Position numbers and translations under genes: made by a program. 51,141 nt of DNA from Rhodoferax sp. (lineage in GTDB: Bacteria > Pseudomonadota > Gammaproteobacteria > Burkholderiales > Burkholderiaceae_C), in contig JAIPDA010000001.1 of assembly GCA_021737905.1 (NCBI GenBank), positions 1 through 51,141 of the forward strand, given 5' to 3'. Below the pieces are notes generated by a model. That model saw only the letters and a program-made list of their open reading frames with translations, was not told the origin of the DNA and did no database searches. How positions within the stretch are numbered: the stretch's first letter is position 1; each line of letters begins with the position of its first letter. Positions 9,234 through 20,675 of the stretch are shown one piece after another.

Positions 9234-10865
9234 ATGAAACAAGCTGATTTCCTGGCGACTTTCAGGCCACGACTGCTAGACGCACTGGCAGGCTACACAC
9301 GAGAGCGTTTCATCAAAGACCTGGGGGCCGGTCTGACGGTGGGCATCGTGGCATTGCCTTTGGCCATGGCGTTTGCCATCGCCTCGGGCCTCAAACCCGA
9401 GGCCGGTATCTGGACCGCCATACTGGCCGGCGCGATGGTGGCGGCACTGGGCGGTTCGGCCGTGCAGATTGCCGGACCGGCGGGCGCGTTCATCGTCATC
9501 GTTTACGGCATTGTGGAGCGTTACGGCCTGGCCAATTTGTTGATCTCAACCAGCTGCGCCGGCGTGCTGATGTTTTTGTTGGGCCTGCTCAAGCTCGGCA
9601 CCCTGGTGCGCTATGTGCCGGTCAGCATTGTGGTGGGCTTTACCAACGGGATTGCCGTGCTAATTGCACTGTCGCAGGTGAAAGATTTTTTTGGTTTGAA
9701 GCTGGAGGCCATGCCGGCTGATTTTTTCTCGCAGCTGCATGCCATAGCCGGCCACCTGAACTCCACCAACGTCTGGGCACTGCTGCTGGCTGCGGCCTGC
9801 CTGGGCGGCCTGTTTGTCTGGCCGCGCTTGTTGGCAATGCGCCCCAATAACGCCGGCCGGACAAGGCACGTGACACGGGCGATGCGCGCTGCTGCGCGCC
9901 TGCCCGGCCCCGTCGTGGCCCTGGTGTCACTGACTGCGCTGGCCTTTTTGGCGGGTCTGCCGGTGGAGACCATCGGCTCGCGTTTCGGGGGTATTCCCGA
10001 CGCTTTGCCGGTCTTTGCCTGGCCCGATTTTTCATGGGACACCGTGCGCTTGCTGTTGGCGCCCACATTGACGATTGCGATGCTGGGTGCGATCGAGTCG
10101 CTGCTGTGCGCCAGGGTGGCCGATCAGATCTCAGGGCTTCCGCGCCATGATCCGAACCAGGAGCTGATGGCACAAGGTCTGGCCAATCTGGTGGTGCCTT
10201 TTTTTGGCGGCATGCCGGCAACCGGCACCATCGCACGGACGGTAACCAATGTACGCGCCGGTGCCAGCTCACCGGTTTCCGGGCTGGTGCATGCGCTGAC
10301 GCTGCTGGTCATTGTGCTGGTGGCCGCACCCCTGGCACTGCATGTGCCACTGGCAGTGTTGGCCGGCATTTTGATGTACGTGGCATGGAACATGGGTGAG
10401 TGGCGCGGGCTGCTGCACTTGCGCCAGTACAGCAGCCACTACCGGCTGCTGATGCTGGGCACATTTTTCATGACCGTGGTCTTTGACCTGACGGTGGCGC
10501 TGCAAATCGGGCTGGTGTTGGCTTGCGTGCTGTTTGTGCGGCGCATGAGTTCCCTGTTTCAAGTGACGCAGACCGCCCGCGATGAGGGCTCAGCGAGTTT
10601 TCAGCTCTCCGGCTCCTTGTTTTTCGGGGCGGTGGCCAAGATCGATCCGGTCCTGACTGTGGTTGAGAGCACACCGCATGCCTTGCTGATTCGGCTGGAC
10701 GCACAGCAGCTGCAGTCGCTGGACCAATCGGGGCTGGCGGTGCTGGAGCAGCTGCACACAGCCGTGACACAGCGCGGTGGCCGGCTGGTGATCACCGGGC
10801 TCCATGCCCAGCCCCTGCAGACCATGGCACGCGCCGGCTTTTTGTCCAAAATTGACAGCGCCTAA
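9234..10865 (+). CDS. SulP family inorganic anion transporter with C-terminal STAS domain
   Basis: DLGAGLTVGIVALPLAMAFAIASG, QIAGPAGAF, DPNQELMAQGLAN and GSLFFGA (STAS). Confidence 0.92.
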   Translation: MKQADFLATFRPRLLDALAGYTRERFIKDLGAGLTVGIVALPLAMAFAIASGLKPEAGIWTAILAGAMVAALGGSAVQIAGPAGAFIVIVYGIVERYGLANLLISTSCAGVLMFLLGLLKLGTLVRYVPVSIVVGFTNGIAVLIALSQVKDFFGLKLEAMPADFFSQLHAIAGHLNSTNVWALLLAAACLGGLFVWPRLLAMRPNNAGRTRHVTRAMRAAARLPGPVVALVSLTALAFLAGLPVETIGSRFGGIPDALPVFAWPDFSWDTVRLLLAPTLTIAMLGAIESLLCARVADQISGLPRHDPNQELMAQGLANLVVPFFGGMPATGTIARTVTNVRAGASSPVSGLVHALTLLVIVLVAAPLALHVPLAVLAGILMYVAWNMGEWRGLLHLRQYSSHYRLLMLGTFFMTVVFDLTVALQIGLVLACVLFVRRMSSLFQVTQTARDEGSASFQLSGSLFFGAVAKIDPVLTVVESTPHALLIRLDAQQLQSLDQSGLAVLEQLHTAVTQRGGRLVITGLHAQPLQTMARAGFLSKIDSA

Positions 10866-10888
10866 AATGGTGGCAAAGGTAATTACAC

Positions 10889-11107
10889 ATGTCCATCTTC
10901 CGCCGCCCCGACTACACCTCCGAAGTGACCCAGTTCATTGACGGCCTCAAGGCCCAAAAGCCCACGCTTGAAGCCGAGCAACGTGCCGGCCGGGCGCTGC
11001 TGTGGGACAAACAGCTGGACCGCAGCGCCGAGCAGGGATTTCAAGACGGCAGGCTTGAGCAGCAGGCCTATGTGTACCTGACCGGTCAGCGTCCACAGGG
11101 TTCATGA
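10889..11107 (+). CDS. DUF3460 family protein
   Basis: YTSEVTQFI...EQRAGRALLWDK...QQAYVY pattern; located just upstream of scpA. Confidence 0.75.
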   Translation: MSIFRRPDYTSEVTQFIDGLKAQKPTLEAEQRAGRALLWDKQLDRSAEQGFQDGRLEQQAYVYLTGQRPQGS

Positions 11108-11185
11108 GCCTGTGCCGGTTTGCCGGCCAGCGCGGTCGCCCGCCTGCTTTTGCAGCCTCTGACAGAGCCGGCCCGTTTCAATCAC

Positions 11186-12076
11186 ATGAACAACTCATCT
11201 CCCGCCAACGCTAACTCCGACCGGCCGGCCGGCGGCCTGGACGAGCTACTGCCTGCGGCCCATGCCGGCGGGCCAGACATGCCCGGGGTGATCGACCAAG
11301 TGGCCTTGGCCAAGCTCTACGGCGAGCCGCTCTTTGCGATGCCGCACGACCTGTACATCCCGCCGGATGCCCTGAAAGTGTTTCTGGAGGCCTTTGAAGG
11401 CCCGCTGGACTTGCTGCTTTACCTGATCCGTAAGCAGAACTTCAATATTCTGGACATTCCCATGGCTGCGGTCACCCGGCAGTACCTGGCTTATGTGGAC
11501 GAGATCCGCTCGACCAACCTGGAGTTGGCGGCCGAGTACCTGTTGATGGCGGCCATGCTGATTGAGATCAAGTCACGCATGCTGCTGCCGCCCAAGAAAA
11601 CTGCTGAAGGCCAGGAGGCAGAAGACCCACGCGCCGAGTTAGTTCGCCGTTTGCTGGAGTATGAGCAGATCAAGCTGGCTGCACATCAACTCAATGAAAT
11701 TCCGCAGTTCGGGCGGGATTTTATGCGGGCCCAGGTGTATGTGGAGCAGGCGCTGCAGCCACGCTTTCCGGATGTTCATGTGGCGGACCTGCAGGAGGCC
11801 TGGCGCGACATCGTCAAACGTGCGCGGCTGGTGCAACACCACATCATCAGCCGCGAAGCGCTCAGCGTGCGCGAGCACATGAGCATCGTGCTGCGCAAAC
11901 TCCAGGGCAGCCGCTTTGTCGTCTTTGAAGATCTGTTTGACACCACGCGCGGCATGCCGGTGCTGGTGGTGACCTTCATTGCCATGCTGGAGTTGTGCAA
12001 GGAAGGTCTGATCGATGTGACACAGGCCGAAGCCTTTGCACCGATTTACGTGCGACTGGCCTATACACCGGCCTGA
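11186..12076 (+). CDS. scpA: segregation and condensation protein A (kleisin)
   Basis: [35 protein letters not shown] and [10 protein letters not shown]. Start uncertain; ATG 11186 chosen. Confidence 0.9.
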   Translation: MNNSSPANANSDRPAGGLDELLPAAHAGGPDMPGVIDQVALAKLYGEPLFAMPHDLYIPPDALKVFLEAFEGPLDLLLYLIRKQNFNILDIPMAAVTRQYLAYVDEIRSTNLELAAEYLLMAAMLIEIKSRMLLPPKKTAEGQEAEDPRAELVRRLLEYEQIKLAAHQLNEIPQFGRDFMRAQVYVEQALQPRFPDVHVADLQEAWRDIVKRARLVQHHIISREALSVREHMSIVLRKLQGSRFVVFEDLFDTTRGMPVLVVTFIAMLELCKEGLIDVTQAEAFAPIYVRLAYTPA

Positions 12077-12134
12077 TTTTTTTGTAGTCTGTGCCCGTCA
12101 TTCGTTCACAAATCCGGCCGCAAGGATTTTTCTG

Positions 12135-12986
12135 ATGCAAATTGTTCACACCATTGCCGACCTGCGCGAGCAGCTGCGCGGTTTCCAGCGACCCGCCTTT
12201 GTGCCCACCATGGGCAATCTGCACGACGGGCATATCGCATTGGTCAAACAAGCCCGGACATTGGGCGATGTGACGGTTTCCAGCATCTTCGTCAACCGCT
12301 TGCAGTTTGCGCCGAACGAAGACTTTGACAGCTACCCCCGCACGCTGGACGCCGATGCCCAGCGCCTGGAGGCGGCCGGCTGCAACCTGCTGTTTGCTCC
12401 GCGCGAAAAAGAGCTCTACCCACAACCGCAGACCTACAAGGTTCACCCGGCCTCGGAGCTGTCGGACATTCTTGAAGGGCATTTTCGGCCCGGCTTTTTC
12501 ATTGGTGTCAGCACCGTGGTGCTCAAACTTTTTTCCTGTGTTTTTGCCGGTATGCCCGAGGGTGTCGCTGCTTTCGGCAAAAAAGACTACCAACAGGTGC
12601 TGGTGGTGCAGCGCATGGTGCAGCAACTGGCTTTGCCGATAGAGATCATCGCCGGTGAAACCCAGCGTGCGGCCGACGGCCTGGCACTGTCCTCGCGCAA
12701 CAGCTACCTCAGCACAACTGAGCGTGCAGAAGCCGTGCAGCTGTTGATCGCCCTGAAAGCCCTGGGCCAGGCCGCCAAGGGCGCGCGCTTGGCGCAGTTG
12801 CCCGAGCTTGAAGCCGCCGCCATGCAAACGCTGGCGCGGCGCGGCTGGAAACCCGACTACCTGACCGTGCGCAGACGCAGTGATTTACTGCTGCCGCAAA
12901 GCGAAGCACTGGCCAGCGATCCCCTGGTGGTGCTCGGTGCGGCCAAGTTGGGCATGACCCGGCTGATCGACAACATCGAGATTTAA
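12135..12986 (+). CDS. panC: pantoate--beta-alanine ligase
   Basis: [28 protein letters not shown] and RLIDNIE. Confidence 0.96.
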   Translation: MQIVHTIADLREQLRGFQRPAFVPTMGNLHDGHIALVKQARTLGDVTVSSIFVNRLQFAPNEDFDSYPRTLDADAQRLEAAGCNLLFAPREKELYPQPQTYKVHPASELSDILEGHFRPGFFIGVSTVVLKLFSCVFAGMPEGVAAFGKKDYQQVLVVQRMVQQLALPIEIIAGETQRAADGLALSSRNSYLSTTERAEAVQLLIALKALGQAAKGARLAQLPELEAAAMQTLARRGWKPDYLTVRRRSDLLLPQSEALASDPLVVLGAAKLGMTRLIDNIEI

Positions 12987-12996
12987 AGCGCCGGGC

Positions 12997-14028
12997 TCAG
13001 CCCAACTCAGCAGTGGGATCGCGCCCCATCAAAGAAGCCACAGCCTGCGACGCACTCAGCTGGCCGTCTAACAGGGCCACGACGGCCTGGGCAATCGGCA
13101 TGTCAACGCCCAGAGCTCTGGCCCTTTGCACCACCGTTCGCGCGCAGTAAACCCCTTCAGCGACATGGCCCAGGCTGGCCACGGCCTGGGCCAGTGTCTG
13201 ACCCTGGGCCAGCAGCACACCGACCTGGCGATTGCGGCTGAGATCGCCAGTGGCCGTGAGCACCAGATCACCCAGACCCGACAAGCCGGTAAAGGTGTCG
13301 GCACGTGCGCCCAGCGCCACACCCAGACGCGTCATTTCGGCCAGACCGCGGGTGATCAGAGCGGCCCGCGCATTGAGCCCGAGTTGCAGGCCGTCGCAAA
13401 AGCCACAAGCTATCGCCAGCACGTTTTTAACAGCGCCGCCCACCTCCACACCCACCATGTCATGGCTGGCGTAGACACGCAAGGTCGGCTGGTGAAAAGC
13501 CGCCACCAGCGCGTCCCGCACACCGGCGTGTTCACTGGCGGCCACCAGCGCGGTCGGCCGGCCCATGGCAACTTCACGCGCAAAACTCGGCCCGCTCAGC
13601 ACGCCGGCAGCCAGGTCGGGAGCCATCTGGGCACAGATTTCATGGGCCAGTAAGCCGCCTGCGTCCGGACTCTTACCCTCTGGCGATTCAAAGCCCTTGC
13701 ACAGCCAGGCCACCGGAACGCCTACCCTGGCTGCCTGCAAGCGCAGCAGCACACTGCGCAAGCCGGCCATGGGCGTGGCAATGATGACCAGGTCTTGTCC
13801 GGCCACAGTCGTCTCTAAAGCGCTCGCTGCGCCGCCGGTGACTTGCAGGGACTCGGGCAGCGCGACACCGGGCAGATAACGCATGTTTTGCCGGGTGCTT
13901 TGGATGGCAGTGACCAGTGCCGGATCGCGCGCCCACAGCGTGAGCGCATGCGGCGACCGGTCCTGGCTGCAGGCCGATACAGCCAGTGCGGTGCCCCAAG
14001 CCCCGGCACCCAGGACGCAGATTTTCAT
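12997..14028 (-). CDS. gpsA: NAD(P)H-dependent glycerol-3-phosphate dehydrogenase
   Basis: [28 protein letters not shown] and [16 protein letters not shown]. Confidence 0.96.
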   Translation of the reverse strand: MKICVLGAGAWGTALAVSACSQDRSPHALTLWARDPALVTAIQSTRQNMRYLPGVALPESLQVTGGAASALETTVAGQDLVIIATPMAGLRSVLLRLQAARVGVPVAWLCKGFESPEGKSPDAGGLLAHEICAQMAPDLAAGVLSGPSFAREVAMGRPTALVAASEHAGVRDALVAAFHQPTLRVYASHDMVGVEVGGAVKNVLAIACGFCDGLQLGLNARAALITRGLAEMTRLGVALGARADTFTGLSGLGDLVLTATGDLSRNRQVGVLLAQGQTLAQAVASLGHVAEGVYCARTVVQRARALGVDMPIAQAVVALLDGQLSASQAVASLMGRDPTAELG

Positions 14029-14081
14029 ACCGCGTGGCCTAACGGAGTTGCCCGGACGGTGTGCAGGGCGGCGTTCAAGGC

Positions 14082-14540
14082 TTAAACAATGATCTGGGGA
14101 GCGGCCTGGCTGGCGTCTTCGGCCTGCTGCTGGTACATGGCCTGAAAGTTGATTTCGGCCAGGTGTACGGGCGGAAAGCCGGCACGTTGAATCATGTCTG
14201 CCACATTACCGCGCAGGTAGGGGTAGACAATCTGCGGGCAGGCAATGCCCAAGATAGAGCCGAGCTGCTCGGGGTCGATGTTGCGCACTTCAAAAATGCC
14301 GGCTTGCTTGGCTTCAACCATGAAGACCGTCTTGTCTTGGATCTTGGTGTGCACAGTGGCGGTCACAGTGACCTCAAAAATGCCTTCGACCACCGGTTTG
14401 GTTTCGACGCCCAACTGAATGTCCACGCTGGGTTGCTCTTGCTGCATCAGGATTTCGGGGGAATTGGGCTGCTCCAGCGACACATCTTTGAGGTAAACGC
14501 GCTGAATCTGAAAAACCGGTTCAAGATTGGCTTCTGCCAT
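14082..14540 (-). CDS. secB: protein-export chaperone SecB
   Basis: [29 protein letters not shown] and [12 protein letters not shown]. Confidence 0.96.
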   Translation of the reverse strand: MAEANLEPVFQIQRVYLKDVSLEQPNSPEILMQQEQPSVDIQLGVETKPVVEGIFEVTVTATVHTKIQDKTVFMVEAKQAGIFEVRNIDPEQLGSILGIACPQIVYPYLRGNVADMIQRAGFPPVHLAEINFQAMYQQQAEDASQAAPQIIV

Positions 14541-14631
14541 GGTGCTCTTTCAAAAAACGATAAATAGGAAGACGTCGGGCCAATGAGGGCTTTAACAAAA
14601 GATTATCTCAGGCCGGAAAAGGTGCTCAGTC

Positions 14632-14892
14632 TCAAGCCACTGCAAGCAATGGCAGCAAACCGCCACGGCCATCCAGCGCGACCAGGTCGTCGCAACCGCC
14701 CACATGGGTTTGGCCGATGAAAATCTGGGGTACTGTGCGCCGGCCTGTGATCTGCATCATGGTTTCGCGCTGGCCGGGCAGCAGGTCGACGCGGATTTCT
14801 TCGAGTTCTGCAACACCGCGCTGCTTGAGCAAGGCTTTGGCCTGCAGGCAGTAGGGGCAGGTGCCGGTGGTGTAAATTTTGACGGTAGGCAT
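14632..14892 (-). CDS. grxC: glutaredoxin 3
   Basis: CPYC active site, TVPQIFI and VGGCDDL; between the rhodanese gene and secB. Confidence 0.95.
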   Translation of the reverse strand: MPTVKIYTTGTCPYCLQAKALLKQRGVAELEEIRVDLLPGQRETMMQITGRRTVPQIFIGQTHVGGCDDLVALDGRGGLLPLLAVA

Positions 14893-14912
14893 GTTCAGGG
14901 CTCCTGTCTTTT

Positions 14913-15323
14913 TCAGGCTTTTTCAACCGGTAAATTGGCTTCTCGCCATGATTTGAGCCCACCGCCCAGGCTTTGCGCCTGCTCATAGCCCATTTTTTTG
15001 GCCACCGCCACCGCGCGGCCGGCGCGCGCGCCCAGCGGGCACACCAGAATCACGGGCAGGGCCTTGTTTTTGACCAGGCCAGGCAGCTTTTCTTCGAGCT
15101 GACCGAAAGGAATGTTTTTGGAGCCGCCCACGTGGCCGGCCGCAAATTCATGCGGTTCGCCCACGTCAATCACCACCGCCTTTTCACGGTTAATAAGTTG
15201 CACGGCAGCCGTCGGGCTGAGCTTGCCGGCCGAAGCGCTCTCGGCAATCAGGGGCCACAGGAGCATGCCGCCCGACGCCAATGCGACGGAAATCAGCATC
15301 CAGTTGTCGATGAGAAATTTCAA
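14913..15323 (-). CDS. rhodanese-like domain protein (YibN-like)
   Basis: TTG start (MKFLIDNW), N-terminal TM segment, [11 protein letters not shown] and LGGGLKSW; conserved position before grxC-secB. Confidence 0.88.
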   Translation of the reverse strand: MKFLIDNWMLISVALASGGMLLWPLIAESASAGKLSPTAAVQLINREKAVVIDVGEPHEFAAGHVGGSKNIPFGQLEEKLPGLVKNKALPVILVCPLGARAGRAVAVAKKMGYEQAQSLGGGLKSWREANLPVEKA

Positions 15324-15492
15324 TTTGAACCTTTTGAGTGTTGCGCCACAGGGCCATAAAGCAGTGATTTTAGAATGCAGGGCAAGACTGGCGCATACGG
15401 CCGGTTGGCAAGACCCCGAAACCGGCGATTTCCGGACATTTTTTTGTGACTGTTCCCTTAGGCATTTTTCAGCCCTTTTCCCGAACCACCCC

Positions 15493-16236
15493 ATGTACAA
15501 ATTAGTGCTTATCCGCCACGGCGAGTCCACCTGGAACCTTGAAAACCGATTCACCGGCTGGACCGATGTGGACTTGACGCCCACCGGCATTGATCAGGCG
15601 CAAAGTGCCGGCAAGCTGCTCAAGGCAGAAAACTACGACTTTGATCTGGCCTACACCAGCGTGCTCCAACGTGCCACGCGCACACTGTGGCATGTGCTCG
15701 ACCAAATGGGTCGCACCTGGCTGCCGGTGGTGCACAGCTGGCGGCTGAACGAGCGTCACTACGGCGCGCTGCAGGGTCTGAACAAAGCCGAAACAGCTCA
15801 AAAATACGGCGATGCGCAGGTGCTGGCCTGGCGCCGCAGCTATGACATCCCGCCGCCGGCACTGAGCGCAGACGATGCGCGTTGCGAGCGCCAAGACCCG
15901 CGCTACGCCAAACTGCAGCCCGCGCAGGTGCCCCTGACCGAGTGCCTGGAGGACACGGTCGCCCGCGTACTGCCGTTTTGGAACGAGTCCATAGCCCCTG
16001 CCATCAAGTCGGGCAAGCGCATCGTGGTGTCCGCGCACGGCAACTCCATCCGGGCGCTGATCAAGTACCTGGACAACATGTCCAAAGAAGACATCGTGGG
16101 ACTGAACATACCCAATGGCATCCCCCTGGTGTATGAACTGGACGCGGCTTTGCAGCCGATTCGCCACTACTACCTGGGCGACGCCGAGGCCATCGCCAAA
16201 GCAGCCGCAGCGGTTGCCAGCCAGGGCCACGGCTGA
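15493..16236 (+). CDS. gpmA: 2,3-bisphosphoglycerate-dependent phosphoglycerate mutase
   Basis: [23 protein letters not shown] and AHGNSIRA; ATG at 15493. Confidence 0.97.
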   Translation: MYKLVLIRHGESTWNLENRFTGWTDVDLTPTGIDQAQSAGKLLKAENYDFDLAYTSVLQRATRTLWHVLDQMGRTWLPVVHSWRLNERHYGALQGLNKAETAQKYGDAQVLAWRRSYDIPPPALSADDARCERQDPRYAKLQPAQVPLTECLEDTVARVLPFWNESIAPAIKSGKRIVVSAHGNSIRALIKYLDNMSKEDIVGLNIPNGIPLVYELDAALQPIRHYYLGDAEAIAKAAAAVASQGHG

Positions 16237-16369
16237 AACTTTCGCGGGCCCATCCTTGCAATGTGGTGCAAGGCCGGGCGCCAAGGTGTATATTTCTCTT
16301 GATTCCTGCTAGGGCATGTGCAACACCTGTTGCCGAAATGCCCGGAGCAAGACCAACCAAGGTGTTTGT

Positions 16370-17800
16370 ATGGGTCAGAAATTAAAGATCAGCGGCTGGA
16401 TCGCAGTAGGCGCCATGGCCGGCGCGCTGACCACTGTGCAGTTGCAAGCCGTTGCCAGGGGCGCTATGACCCCCTTGCCGCTGGAAGAGTTGCAACAACT
16501 CGCGGCGGTGTTTGGCATGGTCAAAAGTGATTACGTCGAGCCGGTCGATGATAAAAAACTCATCACTGACGCCATCTCCGGCATGGTCGCCAGCCTGGAC
16601 CCGCACTCGGTTTATTTTGATAAAAAGTCCTTCAAAGAATTCCGTGAGGGCACTACAGGCCGTTTTGTCGGCGTCGGCATCGAAATCAGCCAGGAAGACG
16701 GTCTGGTGAAAGTGGTCTCGCCGATCGAAGGTTCGCCTGCAGACCGTGCCGGCCTCAAGCCCAACGACCTGATCACCAAAATTGATGACACCTTTGTCAA
16801 GGGTCTCACCTTGAATGAGGCCGTCAAGAAAATGCGCGGCGAGCCCAGGACCAAGGTCTTGCTGACCATTTTCCGTAAAGACGAGAATCGCACTTTCCCC
16901 GTGTCGATCACGCGCGAGGAGATCCGTACGCAATCGGTGCGTAGCAAAGTGCTGGAACCCGGCTATGCCTGGATCCGCCTGAGCCAGTTCCAGGAGCGCA
17001 CGGTCGAAGACTTCGTGACCAAACTCGAGCAGATTTACAAGCAAGAGCCCAAGCTCAAAGGCCTGGTTCTCGACCTTCGCAACGACCCGGGTGGCCTGCT
17101 CGATGCCGCGGTCGCCGTGTCGGCGGCTTTTTTGCCTGAGAACGTGACCGTGGTGTCCACCAACGGCCAGTTGGCAGAAAGCAAATTCACTTACAAAGCC
17201 TCGCCGGAGTTTTATGCCCGCCGCGGAACCGATCCGCTCAAACGCCTGCCCGCTGCGCTGAAAAACGTGCCGCTGGTGGTACTGGTCAACGAAGGCTCGG
17301 CCTCAGCCAGCGAAATCGTGGCCGGCGCACTGCAAGACCACAAGCGTGCCACCATCATGGGCAACCAAACCTTTGGCAAAGGCTCGGTGCAGACGGTGCG
17401 GCCGCTGGGACCTGACACCGGCTTAAAACTCACCACGGCACGTTATTACACGCCCAGCGGCAAATCCATCCAGGCCAAGGGCATCATTCCGGACGTGATG
17501 GTCGATGAAACCCTGGAAGGCAGCCCCTTCGCCGCCTTGCGCACGCGCGAAGCAGATCTTGAAAAACACCTCAACAGCGGTCAGGGCGCTGAAGTCAAGG
17601 ACCCGGCCCGCGAAAAGGCCCGCGAAGAAGCGCTGAAGCGACTTGAAGAAGAATCGCGTAAACCCCCTGAGCAACGCCGTCCGCCCGAGTTCGGCAGCGA
17701 CAAAGACTTTCCGTTGATGCAAGCCATCAACCATCTCAAGGGTCGCCCGGTCGTGGCCAGCAAAACCATGGTCGAGCGCAAGGCCGAGAAAGCAGACTGA
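16370..17800 (+). CDS. S41 family carboxyl-terminal processing protease
   Basis: PDZ domain (GVGIEI), LDLRNDPGGLL, SASASEIVAGALQD and TFGKGSVQ. Confidence 0.94.
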   Translation: MGQKLKISGWIAVGAMAGALTTVQLQAVARGAMTPLPLEELQQLAAVFGMVKSDYVEPVDDKKLITDAISGMVASLDPHSVYFDKKSFKEFREGTTGRFVGVGIEISQEDGLVKVVSPIEGSPADRAGLKPNDLITKIDDTFVKGLTLNEAVKKMRGEPRTKVLLTIFRKDENRTFPVSITREEIRTQSVRSKVLEPGYAWIRLSQFQERTVEDFVTKLEQIYKQEPKLKGLVLDLRNDPGGLLDAAVAVSAAFLPENVTVVSTNGQLAESKFTYKASPEFYARRGTDPLKRLPAALKNVPLVVLVNEGSASASEIVAGALQDHKRATIMGNQTFGKGSVQTVRPLGPDTGLKLTTARYYTPSGKSIQAKGIIPDVMVDETLEGSPFAALRTREADLEKHLNSGQGAEVKDPAREKAREEALKRLEEESRKPPEQRRPPEFGSDKDFPLMQAINHLKGRPVVASKTMVERKAEKAD

Positions 17801-17837
17801 GCGCAACACCGGCCAAGCCTGCAGCCTTGTGCCTGCC

Positions 17838-18599
17838 ATGAACGATTCCCAGTTGCTGCGTTACTCGCGGCATATCCTGCTCGAAGAAATCGGGGTCGAG
17901 GGTCAGGCGCGGCTGCTGGCTGCCAATGCCCTGGTCATCGGGGCCGGCGGTCTGGGCTCTCCGGCTGCCTTGTACCTGGGCAGTGCGGGTGTCGGCCATA
18001 TCACCGTGGTGGACCCTGACCGCGTCGACACCACCAATTTGCAACGGCAAATCGCCCACACTCTGGCGCGCGTGGGCAGTTTCAAGGCCGACTCGGTCGC
18101 CATGGCGATTGGCCAGATCAACCCGGACGTGATTGTCACGGCCGTCACGGCCAAGGCCGAAGGCCAGGCGCTGCAAGCCTGGGTGCAGGCGGCCGACGTG
18201 GTGCTTGACTGCACCGACAATTTTCAAACCCGCCATGCCATCAACAAGGCCTGTGTGCATCACAAAAAGCCGCTGGTCTCGGGCGCGGCTCTGCGCATGG
18301 ATGGGCAGGTGTCTGTTTTTGACACGCGCCAGCCCCTGGCCCCCTGCTATGCCTGCCTGTTTCCTGAGGAAGAGGCCCCCGAAGAAACCCAGTGCGCCAC
18401 CATGGGCGTGTTTGCACCGCTGGTAGGCATCATTGGCAGCATGCAGGCTGCAGAGGCGCTCAAGTTGCTCTGCGCTGCGGGCGAGTCACTGGCCGGCCGG
18501 CTGTTGATGCTGGATGCGCTGCACATGCGCTGGAGCGAAATTGGCACCCGTCGCGCACCCGGCTGCAAAGTCTGCGGCACACAGTCCGGCGTCCACTGA
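17838..18599 (+). CDS. moeB: MoeB/ThiF family adenylyltransferase
   Basis: RYSRHILL, GAGGLGS, NLQRQ, DCTDNF and Zn motifs CYAC/CKVC. MoeB versus ThiF cannot be resolved. Confidence 0.8.
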   Translation: MNDSQLLRYSRHILLEEIGVEGQARLLAANALVIGAGGLGSPAALYLGSAGVGHITVVDPDRVDTTNLQRQIAHTLARVGSFKADSVAMAIGQINPDVIVTAVTAKAEGQALQAWVQAADVVLDCTDNFQTRHAINKACVHHKKPLVSGAALRMDGQVSVFDTRQPLAPCYACLFPEEEAPEETQCATMGVFAPLVGIIGSMQAAEALKLLCAAGESLAGRLLMLDALHMRWSEIGTRRAPGCKVCGTQSGVH

Positions 18600-18629
18600 C
18601 AGCGTAGCCAGCTTCGACCATTTGCAAGG

Positions 18630-19214
18630 CTAGAGCGTGCACGGGCCGTGGCGGCGCCTGAAGTCTCTGGGGTTTTCCGGCGGCAAGCCGGCAAAAATGC
18701 CTCGCCGCAAAATCTGGGCGCGCCGCTCTGCCTCGGCATAAGGACCCGGGTCCTGCCTGAATCGGTAAGACATGGCGTGACCACGCTGAACCATCCACTG
18801 CCCCACGTCTTCACTGGCGAGATAAAGCCTGACCAGGTCGCGGCCGTAGTCGTCGGTGCTATGCACCTGCACCTGAACTTGCCGTTGAAAAACACGCTCA
18901 TTCAAGGCATCGCGGGCCGCCACGCCGCCTTCCTGGCAAATTTCAGGCGCATCCATGCCCAGCAGGCGCAAGCTGCGCGAGACGCCGCCGGCCAAGGGCC
19001 GGACATACACCGTATCGCCATCCACCACATGGGTCACCACCCCCGTCCAGGCTGGCAGCGACTGCCCCGGCAGACTCAGCTCAGCCGCTGACGCTGCGCC
19101 ATGCACAAACACAATCAGCAGCCCTGCACTCAACAAGGCGATAGCTTGCAGCCTGGGCACCCGCGGTGCGGTCGATTCCTTGAGCATGAAGCACGTTACC
19201 GTCAGCTGCCGCAT
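18630..19214 (-). CDS. thermonuclease (SNase-like) family protein, probably exported
   Basis: VVDGDT, RLLGMDAPE and DDYGR catalytic motifs; hydrophobic leader ending in ASA-A. Start uncertain (19214 or 19187). Confidence 0.85.
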   Translation of the reverse strand: MRQLTVTCFMLKESTAPRVPRLQAIALLSAGLLIVFVHGAASAAELSLPGQSLPAWTGVVTHVVDGDTVYVRPLAGGVSRSLRLLGMDAPEICQEGGVAARDALNERVFQRQVQVQVHSTDDYGRDLVRLYLASEDVGQWMVQRGHAMSYRFRQDPGPYAEAERRAQILRRGIFAGLPPENPRDFRRRHGPCTL

Positions 19215-19315
19215 GAGGAAGGCTTTGCGCAAGCTGCCGATTGCCAACCATTTTCCCCAAGCGATCCTCATCCTGAGTCCTTTTTGTTCAAGATGCATTT
19301 TGCGCTTGAAGCAGC

Positions 19316-20152
19316 TCAAGCGGTGATGATCCAGCCCTCAAGCGGATCGACCACCGCCGGCAGTCCATAGCGTGAATGCCCTGCGGCATGCTGCTGTTGA
19401 GCCCAGGCTGCCTGCATCAGGCACAGCACGGCATCCAGCGAGTCGCCCGTGGCGTCATCAATCAAACGCTCACGCTGCGCATGCGTGAGTTTGAGCCGCA
19501 GACCCAGCCGCGTCTGGCCGTGTTCGAGCGCAGTCAGCATGTCTTTGCGTGCGATCAGTCGCTCGGGCGTTTGCAGCGCCTTGGCATCGTTTTTATAGCT
19601 GCGCGGCGACGTGCCCAGCAACTCCCGCGCCAACAGACCAGGGTAGCCTTCCAGGGCGACGCGGGACGGGTCAGCCGATGGATGGCCCAGGCCCGGCAAG
19701 GACACACCGGCATCGATCAACCTGGGCACGCCGGCGTGCAGCATGTAAGCGACCGGCGGATTGACCCATTTCATGGAGCTGCTGGAGCCGGCCGGCACAT
19801 CGGTTGCACGGTGGGCGAATTTACGGCCGGCCGGGCGGGCATTGCAAAACGCAGCGAAGGTGTCGCGGACCTGCGTCCGGCTCAAGCTGGCGTAGTGCGC
19901 CATGCAGTCGTGCCACTTCAGCGGCCAGTCCAGCGTTTGCACCAACTCGCGTGGCAGACCGAAGGGAAAGTCAAAAGCGCAGATCCAGGCACGGTCCTGG
20001 CGCAGCCAAGCAGAAAAGTCATCGAGTGACTCTGTTTTCTCGAGCCCTGCCAGTTGCACCCGCGCTTGCTGCACGGTGCCGGTGGCAAACACAATGGGTT
20101 TGCGGCGGCTGGGGCTGCTGGAGAAATCGCAGCCGGCGATCAGAGTGTCCAA
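19316..20152 (-). CDS. DUF429 domain-containing protein (predicted RNase H-like fold)
   Basis: IAGCDFSSSP, AFDFPFGLP, ALEGYPG, GDSLDAVLC and terminal EGWI. Confidence 0.8.
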   Translation of the reverse strand: MDTLIAGCDFSSSPSRRKPIVFATGTVQQARVQLAGLEKTESLDDFSAWLRQDRAWICAFDFPFGLPRELVQTLDWPLKWHDCMAHYASLSRTQVRDTFAAFCNARPAGRKFAHRATDVPAGSSSSMKWVNPPVAYMLHAGVPRLIDAGVSLPGLGHPSADPSRVALEGYPGLLARELLGTSPRSYKNDAKALQTPERLIARKDMLTALEHGQTRLGLRLKLTHAQRERLIDDATGDSLDAVLCLMQAAWAQQQHAAGHSRYGLPAVVDPLEGWIITA

Positions 20153-20156
20153 AGCG

Positions 20157-20582
20157 TCAGGAACGCCCGACGATAGAAGCGGTCGCCATCAACTCCTGCA
20201 GCAAAGCCAAAGAGACATTGCCGGAGACCGAATAGGGATCGAATTCAGGGCGCTCAGAGTATTTGAGCAAGATGGAAGTGTTGAGCTTGGCGATATTGAC
20301 CAGCCCCATGGTCCAGCTGCCAAAACTACGCTCGCTGATTTCATCGTAGCTCAGCAAAACCACATCCTTGTGCCGGGGATCACGCTGTATGTGACCGTAG
20401 AGTTCGTTGACGGCGCTGCGCCCGCCTTCCAAGGCTTGCAGAAAAATACCGCCGCCGTAACAAAGAATACCGGTGATGCCAGAGGCCGGGTTATGGGTTC
20501 GCGACTGCGCCAGTATGGCGTCCGTGGCTTCTGTGTTGTGCGGCTCAACAGCGCGACTGGCATAAAGAAGTCTGACCAACAT
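20157..20582 (-). CDS. stand-alone BLUF blue-light photoreceptor
   Basis: LLYASR (Tyr), HNPASGITGIL, FLQALEG (Gln), DPRH and WTM (Trp/Met); no enzymatic output domain. Confidence 0.93.
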   Translation of the reverse strand: MLVRLLYASRAVEPHNTEATDAILAQSRTHNPASGITGILCYGGGIFLQALEGGRSAVNELYGHIQRDPRHKDVVLLSYDEISERSFGSWTMGLVNIAKLNTSILLKYSERPEFDPYSVSGNVSLALLQELMATASIVGRS

Positions 20583-20675
20583 GATGAAAATCCTTGAAAG
20601 ATAAAAGGTACAAAGCGCTGTCTGTGCGGGTCGGTCGAAGCGCAGCTGCTTCAACACTTGCTGGCAACTTGGTCC

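Noticed and set aside
11186-12986. scpA without scpB and panC without panB
   Set aside because: Split arrangements are common in Betaproteobacteria; the partners are probably elsewhere in the genome.
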